From the NCBI GenBank assembly GCA_964606385.1, contig CAZSFZ010000003.1, forward strand, positions 111,615 through 175,614: 64,000 nucleotides of DNA. Direction: 5' to 3'. This document shows, in pieces, positions 31,701-36,792 of this stretch; position 1 is the stretch's first letter; the number at the start of each line of letters is the position of its first letter. The notes under the pieces were generated by a model, which saw nothing but the letters and a program-made list of their open reading frames with translations, ran no database searches and was not told where the DNA came from. This DNA comes from an uncultured bacterium (GTDB lineage: Bacteria; Omnitrophota; Omnitrophia; Omnitrophales; Aquincolibacteriaceae). Made by a program: the position numbers and the translations under genes.

Positions 31701-34231
31701 AAGCCTTCGTAACCGGGTACGGGTCGTTCCCGGTCCGATGAGTGAGTCGCGGACCATTGCGCCATAAAAAGGTCCTTGAGCCCCGGGTCATCCATATCAC
31801 TCATGAGATAGGTCGGCTCCATTTCTTCAAACAACGCGGGCGGCAGCAGTAAGCCTTCGGATTTTTTCGAGAGTTTTTTCGAGCCTTGCACGCCACGCGC
31901 CCGTTCCAAAATCTTCACGGAAAGCGGTGCTTCAGTGAATGGTTCTTCCGTTTTCTTCCGCTCCATGCCCTGGGGCTTAAGCTGTCTGACCTCCGAACGG
32001 GCTTTTTCGCTTTTTACACTTTCAAAACGAATGTAATCCCGGATCGCCTGGTCAGTCCGGGGCCAGACCTCCAGCATCTTGAAGATCCCGCGCCTGAACT
32101 TTTCATAATCATTGCCGGGCGCAGCCAAACCGGAATTAAAAGCAGCATTCAGTAAATAGGGAAGCTGTATATCGTAAGGAACGGGGTCAGCTTGTGTTCC
32201 CTGATATTTGTCGAGAGTAGTCTTGTAAGCTGTAAAATCCTCTTTAAGGATCAACCGGAACATTTCCGAGTTTCTTGAAAACGTTTGCCGGATCTCTTCG
32301 AGCGCTTTGTCGAGATCTTGTAAATTCGCCTCTTTTTCCCCGAATTCCCAAAAAAGCATTTCGAGGATCCCGGAGAGGATCTGTTCCTTATTCGCAAAAA
32401 GATGGGTGCTGAAAACGCCCAGAGCCGTTTGGGTATCCAATACCTGCCCGTTCATGATATAAACCGTCTTTTTCAGGCGAGCATGCTTCCCAATCCACAT
32501 TTTAAGGCTTGAAAAATACTTTATAGCGGAAGAAGCCCGCTTAAGAAGATCGGGTTCATCCCAATCCGGCTCAGACGGCCACACCTCTTCCCTCATTTCC
32601 GCGCGTTGAGAGGAACCTTCCAATGCGCGATCCATTTTAAGCACAAAATCCTGGGACGGCTCGCCGCGCAAAGGTCCGGCGGCTTCAAGAAGACGGGATA
32701 ACGCGGGGGCGTAATCCATGGTCACAGCGCGTTGCGGGCAGGTGCTTTCACGGGCCACGCTCTCCGGACCATGCGCCACGCCCGCCTCACCGCTTTTCGT
32801 GTCCCGTGTCCCGTGTCCCACAGCCCAATCTTTTTCAAAATCATGTTTTCCCCCGCTCATGAGCATGCGGTAATAATCCTGATGCCGTTTGCTGGGGGCG
32901 CCGATCGCGGGAGAAAGAATGACGTAGCCGATCCCTTTTTCTTTCAGGATCTTTTTAATGGCCTCTTTGTGGAAACCGCCGAACACAAGCGCCGCGGCCT
33001 TGGCTTCCGGGTCCTGGAGAAAACCGTCGAAGATCTTCCCGATCGAAAGGTCGCGCTTCATCGCGAGCTCATAGAACCGGGTAGCGTCGGTGATGAGCCC
33101 CTCCCAGGAACGGAACATCACGATCGAACGGCCCGTTTCCTGAGCAAGAAACCGGGCCACGTCCTCGGTCTTGAGGCCTTCGAGCGATCCTTTGAGCTCG
33201 GTGAATTCCTCGTGGCTCAACTCGATCGCATTCATTTTTTCAAGCAGCAAAACGCTTTGGTAATAACCGTAAGTTTTTCTGTCCCGCTCGGAAGAGAGGC
33301 CGGACTCAACGATCTCCCCTTCCAGCTGTTCGATCTCTTTCAGGAGTGCCATGAGATCGATCTGCTGGATCTTTTTCTCATCACCGGAAAGCAACTTTGA
33401 AATTTCGGGGAATGATGAGCGGGGAACGTCCAGCGCTTTCGTTTCCCGTTCCACGTTTCCCGTTCCACGGGTTTTCCATGTTCGCTGGAGATATTCCACG
33501 AGCGGCATCTGCCCCTGCTGGTACCGCTCCTTCAACTTCAACCATTCCTTCATTTCCTTGGGAAAATTTTTATCGATGAGTTTTTGGAGTTCCTTGCGGA
33601 TGAGCCAGATATCGCGGGTCACCTCCCCTCGGTTTTTTGCGGCTTGTTCGTAAGCGCGGATGTTCTCGAGGTGCAGCGCGATCGAATCAGCGCCCACAAG
33701 CTGAAAGTCGCTTTGCGGAGAACGGGGAACGGGGAACGCTGAGCGATCCGTTAACCGTTCACCGTTAGCCGTTTCCCGGGAGGACGGTTCTGCCGACCGA
33801 TTAATGTGCGCATACTCCGCCCCGCCGACACGGAGCTTGTCCATCAGGTAGTAAGAGAGCTTTTCCTTGAGCGCAGGGTCGTCGATCGCGCCAAAGATCT
33901 TGTCCGTCGGGACGGGGCCTTCGTAGCCTTCTTCATAAACGGTCTTGATCCCGTATTCTTTGACCAGGTAGCGGACCATGCCGGCGATATTTTCTTGCGC
34001 TTCGAGGGAATCATGCGCGTCCTGGATATAGACAAGTGTTTTACCCGACTTCCCGGCCGAGGTCTCCATCAGGCTGCCGAGTTTCTCGGGCAATTGGAAG
34101 GACGAGCGAAGTTCGGCTCCCGGCATCACGGGCGACAATGATTCGAGAGGCATAGCGATCGCGTTCGTCGTCACAAAACAAACGACGACTACCAAGCTGA
34201 CGATCCGTTTAAAGCCAGAACCTCTTATCAT
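13781..34231 (-). CDS. giant multidomain protein, 6,816 aa. Signal peptide plus internal TM segments and many fused enzyme modules separated by a recurring RSE[VI]R motif
   Basis: Uninterrupted 20,451-nt ORF. N-terminal signal peptide (MIRGSGFKRIVSLVVVVCFVTTNAIAMP). GHKL ATPase motifs (EVSDDGIGI, GGIGV) near nt 29190. GNAT-like motif. HD-GYP (HHERMDGRGYP) near nt 26420-26465. HExxH (VVIHEGTHL) near nt 24590. FHA-like (YRSTNGT) near nt 23300. SAM MTase motifs (VLDLMSGK; LDVGTGSGIFAALA near nt 20705-20765). Nudix box GGHVQTRQGYRDTVKHEIVEELGL at nt 19817-19888. GAGAGGT RBS before the ATG at 34231. Confidence 0.8.
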   Translation of the reverse strand: MIRGSGFKRIVSLVVVVCFVTTNAIAMPLESLSPVMPGAELRSSFQLPEKLGSLMETSAGKSGKTLVYIQDAHDSLEAQENIAGMVRYLVKEYGIKTVYEEGYEGPVPTDKIFGAIDDPALKEKLSYYLMDKLRVGGAEYAHINRSAEPSSRETANGERLTDRSAFPVPRSPQSDFQLVGADSIALHLENIRAYEQAAKNRGEVTRDIWLIRKELQKLIDKNFPKEMKEWLKLKERYQQGQMPLVEYLQRTWKTRGTGNVERETKALDVPRSSFPEISKLLSGDEKKIQQIDLMALLKEIEQLEGEIVESGLSSERDRKTYGYYQSVLLLEKMNAIELSHEEFTELKGSLEGLKTEDVARFLAQETGRSIVMFRSWEGLITDATRFYELAMKRDLSIGKIFDGFLQDPEAKAAALVFGGFHKEAIKKILKEKGIGYVILSPAIGAPSKRHQDYYRMLMSGGKHDFEKDWAVGHGTRDTKSGEAGVAHGPESVARESTCPQRAVTMDYAPALSRLLEAAGPLRGEPSQDFVLKMDRALEGSSQRAEMREEVWPSEPDWDEPDLLKRASSAIKYFSSLKMWIGKHARLKKTVYIMNGQVLDTQTALGVFSTHLFANKEQILSGILEMLFWEFGEKEANLQDLDKALEEIRQTFSRNSEMFRLILKEDFTAYKTTLDKYQGTQADPVPYDIQLPYLLNAAFNSGLAAPGNDYEKFRRGIFKMLEVWPRTDQAIRDYIRFESVKSEKARSEVRQLKPQGMERKKTEEPFTEAPLSVKILERARGVQGSKKLSKKSEGLLLPPALFEEMEPTYLMSDMDDPGLKDLFMAQWSATHSSDRERPVPGYEGLLDGDRSDLFEKSVSIEGISNGVRILTAGRGSRPNHFYVVADMSANLPQVMNQKAFEYMAAIVRALSEGGQYRVYIGFDSMIAGARFRQLYFSVMLVPVSRGASRLDQTARTEIAVTPLDVRVEQLTDYRARAVVFSGKDPQTAGAEALKYIGVLRSADIPHNVILSGGTFYIFPRSRTPSALFPVERPGFPEFAGFSYVPDAIMGEIKEALETETVSKSLFDRIIDVYKKIPELSGDERASIIRSLRKAQRDETSQAQAHSELPGAGKEEKDKHFTSAVFREFEKRYEATEAYTGAGGAGFSYLKDVRTEAIPGPRGFLRKVVAWIAFYKNAPGFVTKPVDRSAAGMPWKEIAAKYPHQKLLDFNIDGLHVHILRSYMPFLPYHFVLAINHRELHNQTVDRRSLLIMMKALERFGVGNVALAFHGGTAVGMGDKPQHAHGFVSDSTWIEDQLVKEEDIFIPAQEGGPFVAELSTDEGAWFVVKGPSSSGVAKYAALITDFLKLLDTPHLLLMRAPFKNRPAAIYIKPYSKVRPDIFPGNMGFMEAVFKTAIQDPGSEKELTEEEMLHGLRTASASPEAFKVYKSGLSRYFDTRPGQQEEVIRSAKAELEPFLPQLPMSAAKEIRSEVRRRSGEEIFRKFFLENDFYTSGIAWPAAETASWIYAKIERIVHGNGGDFRAILDKDHRQIADVEEVFYEDASVSREKHHSKRSETREVVFESRSMRPAPTLQDTQADLEGLIGEMLTDFMDRVGLKWATEPIDHIIGLGAQEVLGRHPEWTWGRIVHDLKSWEPHELLAEALKNGLAAYGRGDREGLVHLKVLQDADHVYLEVSDDGIGIASLVPEDLYGEYFKIVSKSPAREGSGRFILSRGGIGVLMSQIVTQAHDGTMEALSPGLDGHKTTIRFKFPQRAVRLTRLGEAGKTLSEQSSVTEFTEKGSFEWMKYAVQNPGEFEVYDKIPQDGLKTGDVVVVRTPPMYPSDQEVMHFVIAGIEGEQLRYVGAAKGKIFRDPNPSKKDRKKTFEDRLSGSLTWDVTTFRYRDSKEFPLVVYLANQEKLFNRSETRNVDFYATINIPQGQERFKIGKAKMDLFSGEAREVPFEATRRMYGTAKDPKVIGFFPADEEKEHIHTSEVLEGQFTDIHVPGSLAFARCYVRGHQLVVAEVQSDIYPFLKKDETTRTRYKDWRKVMRLVLEAYARTLPGVTEIVSPGSETILERWPERAFPGVIARLQHYGKSDALTRFFRAVQIFATFLMRPMIPSLFKWMGGSPAAERMKKRLYMKALDPDLARIVYDQNMPDFGYVFTDLSTKIPWEGGLTLKRAWVKKLQPLDQDLLTGRFLEHLRIRSEVRTEGDEDKKDLSEAQKIAIVKGLLGVLEKKLDSLIPMAAEEPEQVAAEAQFQKDNLRRVVIGKYGLGGHREVFTQYQSLVATLDRLISVAATKSVFQLQMEIPEAAVVVSDPLLGKIVNVKALELDARQLREVAAVLGELEAEAFHVKQQDGVLRSGSSDKWERNLTRYPAWIFIDAQGRIAGGIYGRLSDDREKVELVRILTVKDGLRGRGTWLMDVFLSQMFQAGVREVFWQAFSEASRDFYDRYLEKRERSGAVKLGYHFRDDYQITLLRDILAPATDETDDSHKQWTVQEVVESLPPQARELLEKVREKDEEILSHMERVMRLAVMTAVELRLPHSLTLAQAALLHDIGKLEIPEEILKNPNPLSDPEWIIMKTHSRKGADLLSSIPGLEKVRETVLSHHERMDGRGYPRGLIGKEISVEARIIAVADSFDAMTVERVYRNGITAHKAVGEFVRHAEEGRLDMKAVKAFAHAWHLDSEKRRRRGEPLDPASRSEVRASDIPDEPWKTEARQKALEASIVRTRELLERTSSGARSLLREVLGEKALYWRRLFLESMTDPSDKNFASDARKMIHWSGGIGITGEDPSPWFNAPEPFLPDIFWNPVQATEPLTRIFFSQASGTFWEWLQAQAKLRNISTEVLATLILTDIRFLQFLTVCYFAKKYDRFFPGMPVTIAAKTERAEATAKHLQSSLQKSPDLFQLFRSLRTQLPIEKEKNNAAEEVFYQHGRAITLGAELIKKAFSEGVYRSGALELASTTVGTAIDFPNVHENEIDAFHLEEVLRWVKANLDLNVLFTLPPAALAAKKPNVPDTDVSINGRSEIRTLLAAETKFTELLEVLKSVVSDKAKRKAKANELVAALRKGRIHSYEDVREVLGPDVSIAKLKTLFEISGLQSRAPPATSRKGFVLKASLAVSLAVTIAIAAFFVFQMTSSDTDRIARRFNRIAATVMDPAARESIQDLIKEFREHAKIDETRIDPLSIHPFIRQQANKAGELSGIQVNKDFALEMPQMIVKYVVIHEGTHLRNAHLRYATNQGFEDFMKRLNALRPAKGTVDPNEILKDPEILRAVFRTYASQIEDEKLAYQAEDEAMMADIRSAGSHEAFVKKMFEGLGDGNEDRRRNGIVVGYMEGVGQRWDAEKGTPSEDGTQAYVLKVLLNTPYLEQGVGHLHYLRNVYLQTVYAMTQGTADAGMIQLTGDLDRPFRVTDYKRLAAWTYEQAQKLGVHPQTETRVDHHEKRSEVRSAGIPARFTPLALKNAPKMQTIAWEGKTYNFVAISVMLQSQDQKNLAFLLVEHMNPELRKDFLDMLSPELKKTVLNYLHSPASEPTMILQDRQLRGEDFTAMFFGRVILGVGEHVETSPVQFEIEPLADGRIAFRIYSRGDADTYEVDFNKTYMVARDHVPEDKIQAAELFTVDSEFVTSGRHFSFRVFRDDEGNLWITIEDYRSTNGTVLSAEIYPATVAYEGRDQDMVRYSELLKLILASLGDLLKADDKKPVKDDPIHHYKHAVDETCRLYQESAEFGELEKLRKEVIQEVLFANVVGQAVDRTNYALEALEKLLQEDRISIWLPVLEVAVSYLPAGKMNPKFFRLLQVISSEKIRQAPTKLKRDVMRILSGVAGNPTEFSNQPPLEHEMTKTIRLDIIPGQDMTPKNRSEVRTDFVSKWRDAQRRKMLESPDLRLLNYLVHRTGFSPEQKKAYIRLWELMSLSVPLFAISKTVLSTLSTALVATHPLFAFVPVSIWFFMSPFLRLVFLIAPFTWIYKLRVNTLFWANFFPAGGAFIAVPSQLFELVRDEYRRYPGMSFKQLRDLHHQVIAHVSAMPAEGTHSFSREALLARSSELTFNLLEWRSAQHASGTKVKNLFPDDISELLSGSGPRPRSEMREGSQSDFRDVVNETPYLEWAPGQMIEQKLATLLPEGAKVLDLMSGKFSYVPAASQASEVIGVGLNDKEMALNKKLTSYRVQDVNEKPAFPEEWKGRFDAVVMTSGAAYAEDLPSLFRAAAETLKEGGTLFVAYNPDYYSPEATAVWKGMKADEKAKAVTDALEAAKSFSVPRHERKSYVGRFDLSQDMDMIFAVKNIRSEIRTDVKLQNPDYVFLFGHIGLNFDRSVAGVRGGFDIIEGRIEPLKMRSFEKWLLDLNRHSSESEVMMPSRRIGAEIFLAQKNAEETENQFFERVLIGESSKIRASLIENSDGQSLAIESPSFVLIVPVMSEAEVRRNQKNPNDAWDPWAYPDEAQAAAQMQKAGELFPGKPVFMNGAPIFYTEDGFMNVRGRLMSKNRVSDKFAALLGGMELKTGFKTLDVGTGSGIFAALAVQKGSGQVTATDTDDLSLELAKWNVRRLGLQDKVRVAYGDPFTGEAVGVDEKFDLILASLPLQHGAAAAKQLTLRFLRELPAHLDPNGKALVFLYQGTMSRYMRRRTDLTKIQDPDCEKVFQASLAPLDFNARGVSSIAFYHQADEDHIYTIFEIARSKTVSEPIRPETKGVQPKLRQQLEKIKEDPSAGLDSAKIQDILTAIENGSLKLKGEDVDIIKSENGIETVIGAIDRNIAHRYGLMHRVPTTFIMTPEGKFLLQRRAHNIAEPMRLSLFGGHVQTRQGYRDTVKHEIVEELGLPEDWKIDDSKLQTIRTEGAFASPEWDGKNRERRSHYVYFASIEEIQKIRATGKLLETKLAELGEAGFKQWLEAQQKAKNGLGEVWSIHEYAYDELMSLGHDQLSSDLLAPLLHDPANQDVRDVLEQAANTNRSEVRDAERFANWEGLKAKAAGSEVSHLLDPAYILHDWMILSVVNPSLKDYGLIYGAAGVDLSNALLSTNMTRGLFISDYFGWFKDALTGAIPMDPRQILDPGTRARWLASELADRYRYNKEVFGYSVGEWLRGPLERLIAMTVELDALGVKNFQITSYEQSLGLDFEWQHPLGKTLSSRTVLFVDADITRSYAYRELLGSGFNGYYQRAGEEVPLDYAQNPGFILELQDALPQGGYFITDDHAYYHVPGTPRELAFTDRGSSFPGGLPQLSIPHYKELTQAILKLRGGGILSDAPAHRYGWDVRIRKNEKDEAKRSEIRTSKFQKVEPQIEAFDPDKIKVVLSVSGADETDPTKQWFKADGVSRLFRDRVHGPLYVDREGKPYGSHDPRVEAFKKTVSQFIETYEVTHSDEKVELVLPNGNLGINDWFVGVADGKVYSSARDPKAGRVYDMLVTGEDGSLSVMSLQLMKPDGTRGIFDERGDPVTGIRYAVYGQRIVKNGKDNLKNLHEQFDDLRHIFRLPFFRMVRDGVEQNIELGFSDDLGELYRDPELIKLALMGQPIVLSLEPLLKKGLTVEAIRQKYLEWEYKDFDARRDKEKEKLDEGEFRIINGREIEIRLIAAYYPHSFIGLAEDPRGKKQLLVGNTLAGDSKFIGAYLPEVIQQFIARGAKDVFLWANGKDLAGTRNSRGTGLEAILLTKKRSEARNKDIVPEEVMAKVTDVWEKVDQLNLRNKPVPLDVKSVQTGKEGFVFIGDSTEFEKAVVAWAGLIDGTEEGYQWMGKATENLRKRGYGKNYSFIRNARMAANYLGENVDWYAHQQGALVVDYDDATGTGYVAAIDRGEGFPINTKGELDIALVHGGFLAQKSEGGGDGIAMGRVIKEGDVTIISHGQVAEIRKGETAARKVIPRPYDGKRAQDIAKFKGSAVIVRFTAERSEMREAGSSNDEAAKTDLEAAQRQFKWWSKKIPAWTEGEKAKIPQVLKALHEAGFSLRGGTVQLEISEAGARVVFGVLGTPRTPSSVYNKALQVYKDRGGWDAALREAGLDPESIKREPGFIELRNMKNGQERKWPAAEPRLESKGRSEARDIDFMKTAQELKALLDARFNAATNREMITQYLKIYSYTTRPVVSSLKGLLDHGLPEPLAEFFVSRNIWDKTDQSNVLEALNGVYAAQQTPPDSRNRAEMRHEDLELAGRWMKGSKEAAKELLEKGYWVSGFSELNRGTRLSDLLEETGFSTTPAPVYFRMLGEEKVSTDEELMGQVLNEFQINRVHAGNQAQSVIVARSIEDRGRKGIEILSLDNGEGIPSVLWAVEPGNSMTGSTHRGKGLPYILSAVRSEPHSFAEIHTVLPSGSSEAYRFLPHVFEPQPIPCVLSEHGTLVRIVRFAVGGRSEVRVDGNSDAYQSSADFLTRYTVQQDGLSYSVWNVIEKETPSAAYALKKILEARRWMDESGKKDRPLVIWQNMSLGQFFPYFSEAVKTELGVLELSGDPSRWNTQAAQWQPGKTRFILIKQKTASSFPGENREYENYEEEAWDPSVDMWGAKEAARIAKDLKAPLVMVDHSRKEFSNAQELWADQARREGAAPIRIRAGADADETAVRNAIESDGALLLLNANAHPEKQGSLFDDSKIFSEEGRNLQVVVGGQRTSFYDAFTEAYAKAAIEAVRKSEARELELTGKTPKDKSDRSEVRSSGTGPKEYEPVQSSGLNEKRSVRTAIENLRGKFTVMTDLADVAYFTDAQLQEFETMAILQPNVKFVFYGNQSQPFSAKGAVDRLTRLQRQLGAGRIVITEVAPEDMPVGKDEKIIRISKRSVPRSALNKKIFDFRYIAEETGLVPMALLYADQHEKPSEKGVMDLSMASAMLRVALQEFQNSIVFARAA

Positions 34232-34542
34232 TCCGTCTGTTACCTCTCTTTTTTCTACGATTTGAATCTCTAAAAAATACGGCCGTATTTTCGATTAAAC
34301 ATCTTTCAAAAAGACTTGAGTTGCATGCTTGCGCCTTTGTAAATGGATATTTTTAGTTTTAAGAATAGATTCTCAAAATTTCGAACAGCATAGTCCTTAA
34401 AATGTAACCTCCCAAAAGCTCTTTTTCAAGAGAGGAGCTGTTTTTATAGGACTTATTTTGAAATAAATTCGATGTTTTATTGACTTTGTTTCATAATATG
34501 AATATATTATATGATTATTATGTATATATAGGAGGCTACATT

Positions 34543-36198
34543 ATGATCCAAACTAAAGTAAAAATAGCGGTTCTGGGCATCTTGTTCATTCTCTTTTCGA
34601 TAGGTTTCCAGATCCAGGCTCCGGCCGAGTGGCAAAAACCTGCGCAACCCCCCGCCGCGGGAGGCCCTCTCACCTGCCTCGTCCCGCATCCGCTGGATCC
34701 CGCGAAATTCCTGACAGCATCGGAACACAGTATTTTTGAAAACAGCGCTGAAAAAACATGGCGGCCGCTGTGGTCCCAGGGCGACTCGAACTCGGCGATC
34801 CGGCACCTTTATGTCTTCCCGATCCTGCCATCCGTTATTTTTGCGATCACGGACCGGGCGGTTTTTATGGGAGATCTGAAAAACGGGTCCTGGCGCCAGG
34901 TTTATCAAGCCAACGATAGAGACCCCCTCGCTTTCACCGTTCACCCGGAAAACCCCAATCGCTGGTTCCTGGGAACCCGGAAAGGTCTTTGGGAGTCGCA
35001 TGACGCCGGAAAAACCTGGTCCCCTTCTGCGGCATTCCGAAGGGCAGGTCCTGTTTCACTTTTGATCTTTGACCGTGAGCGGCTTTTTCTTGCGGACGAA
35101 GGAACGCTTTATGTGATCCTGCCCGGAAACTCCGCGAGGCCCGTCCTGGATCTTTCCGGTCCGGAACCGGAGATTCCTGTCGCCGATACTTTGGGTCCCG
35201 AAACGGTCGCGGAGCCCGCGGACGGCAGCGTCAGGATCCACGACCTGATCTCTTCAAAGCGGGAGCCTCACGAGTGGTTCCTCGCGACAAGCCGGGGTCC
35301 TTTCCGAAGCGGTGATGGCGGGTACCGCTGGAACCCCATGCCGCAAAGCGGACTTCAAAGCCCTGTCATCCATCAACTCGCCTATTCCGGGAGGACAGGC
35401 ACTCTTTATGCCGCGACACCGCGAGGGATCTACGCTTATGACGCGAAGGCAAGGGCATGGACGGGACTGTTCCGGGGGCTGGCCAAGGACCGCGCGCAGG
35501 GTCTCGCGGTACTCAATGAAGAACGGCTAATCGCGATCACCGAGGAAGGATTCGTACAATACCCCCTTCAACCCCCCATTCCCGAAACAACGCCTTCCCT
35601 CGCGATCTACCATCCTTCCGCTGCAACGCTTTCTCTTTTGCGGGAACTTCTCAAAAGGGAGCCCTCGGCCCGGGAGGTCCACAAACATGTGATCCGGTAC
35701 GCCAACGTCGGGAACGGAAAGATCAAGCGCTGGCACGCCGAGTCGCGCCTCGCGGGACTCATGCCTTCCTTTTCTTTCGGAAAAAATCTTGATCGTAACG
35801 CTTCGATCACGACCTACAGCGGCAAATACATCACGGGCCCCGAGGACGTCAGTAAAGGCTGGGACGCGGACGTCAGTTGGGATCTTGGAGATACGATCTA
35901 CAGCTCGGACCAGACTTCCATCGACTCGCGGGAAAAACTTATGGTCGAGCTTCGTAACGACCTGCTTTCCGAAGCGACCCGTATTTTTTACGAACGCCGG
36001 CGCCTTCAGATCGGCAGGGTCTTTACGCCTCCCGCCTCCGAGCAGGAACACCTGGAAAGCCTCCTGCGCATGGACGAGCTCACCGCGCTTCTGGATAGCA
36101 TGACGGACGGTTTCTTCTCGAAAAAGATTGCGGGAATCTACCGGGAAAAGCCGGAGTTTGACAAGTTGTGGGTCTATCGACCTTCGGGGAACGGGTAA
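34543..36198 (+). CDS. secreted BNR/Asp-box repeat (beta-propeller) protein
   Basis: Track ORF 34480..36198. The preferred start is the ATG at 34543 after a TAGGAGG RBS, giving signal peptide MIQTKVKIAVLGILFILFSIGFQ. Asp-box motifs SHDAGKTW and SGDGGYRW. Confidence 0.55.
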   Translation: MIQTKVKIAVLGILFILFSIGFQIQAPAEWQKPAQPPAAGGPLTCLVPHPLDPAKFLTASEHSIFENSAEKTWRPLWSQGDSNSAIRHLYVFPILPSVIFAITDRAVFMGDLKNGSWRQVYQANDRDPLAFTVHPENPNRWFLGTRKGLWESHDAGKTWSPSAAFRRAGPVSLLIFDRERLFLADEGTLYVILPGNSARPVLDLSGPEPEIPVADTLGPETVAEPADGSVRIHDLISSKREPHEWFLATSRGPFRSGDGGYRWNPMPQSGLQSPVIHQLAYSGRTGTLYAATPRGIYAYDAKARAWTGLFRGLAKDRAQGLAVLNEERLIAITEEGFVQYPLQPPIPETTPSLAIYHPSAATLSLLRELLKREPSAREVHKHVIRYANVGNGKIKRWHAESRLAGLMPSFSFGKNLDRNASITTYSGKYITGPEDVSKGWDADVSWDLGDTIYSSDQTSIDSREKLMVELRNDLLSEATRIFYERRRLQIGRVFTPPASEQEHLESLLRMDELTALLDSMTDGFFSKKIAGIYREKPEFDKLWVYRPSGNG

Positions 36199-36215
36199 AG
36201 GGAAACGGGGAACGC
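36183..36215. repeat. GGGGAAC heptamer array (forward arm) 5' of the four-helix-bundle gene
   Basis: GGGGAACGGGtaaaGGGAAACGGGGAACGcc overlapping the last codons of the BNR gene. Confidence 0.6.
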
Positions 36216-36240
36216 CAACGAAAGAATCAAAAAAGGAGCC

Positions 36241-36783
36241 TTGAAAATGGAGCAGCAAAAACCATCTGAAAAATATACGGGGAACTGGAAACGGTCGCCT
36301 TACCCTCGAAAATCGAATCCCTATCAGAAAAATGACAAAGACTCCATCCTTCCGGGCTTAACGGTAACGCATAAGCAGGCAACCGGCCCTGCCACTTCCG
36401 AAACGGGGCTCCTTGAGGCATCCTCTCCGGAAAAAATCAGCGATTTTAGGGATCTTCACATATGGAAATTGGGAAAAGAGATCGTGCTCGATGTGTACAG
36501 GGTCACGAAATCTTTTCCTTCGGAGGAACTTTACGGCTTAACAGCGCAAATGCGTCGGGCGGCCATTTCCATCCCCAGCAATATTTCGGAGGGTTTTAAC
36601 CGCCGCTACACGAAAGACTATCAACGGTTTTTGTCCATTGCGTTGGGATCATGTGCGGAACTCGAAACGCAAGCAGAGGTCGGCAAAGACCTGGGATATC
36701 TTTCCCAGAACGGCTGTTCATTGCTTCTGGAAAAAACAGACCACGAGACGAGGATGATACGAAGCCTGATGAACAAGCTTTGA
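36241..36783 (+). CDS. four-helix-bundle protein (23S rRNA IVS-type family)
   Basis: C-terminal 115 aa (FRDLHIWKLGKEIVLDVYRVTKSFPSEELYGLTAQMRRAAISIPSNISEGFNRRYTKDYQRFLSIALGSCAELETQ) match the four-helix-bundle family. The N-terminal 65 aa are low-complexity and the true start is uncertain. Confidence 0.65.
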   Translation: MKMEQQKPSEKYTGNWKRSPYPRKSNPYQKNDKDSILPGLTVTHKQATGPATSETGLLEASSPEKISDFRDLHIWKLGKEIVLDVYRVTKSFPSEELYGLTAQMRRAAISIPSNISEGFNRRYTKDYQRFLSIALGSCAELETQAEVGKDLGYLSQNGCSLLLEKTDHETRMIRSLMNKL

Positions 36784-36792
36784 TCGTTTTCT

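Noticed and set aside
32794-32820. Triple direct repeat CGTGTCC-CGTGTCC-CGTGTCC inside the giant gene.
   Set aside because: It is in frame, encoding GHGTRDT, within a Gly/His-rich linker. It was seen only once and is probably local slippage rather than a functional element.
14573-33653. Numerous plus-strand ORFs of 60-370 aa under the giant gene, for example 14573..15304, 23951..24718, 29582..30115, 30509..31162, 32732..33400.
   Set aside because: All are antisense shadow frames of the continuous 6,816-codon minus-strand ORF. None shows recognisable motifs or RBSs.
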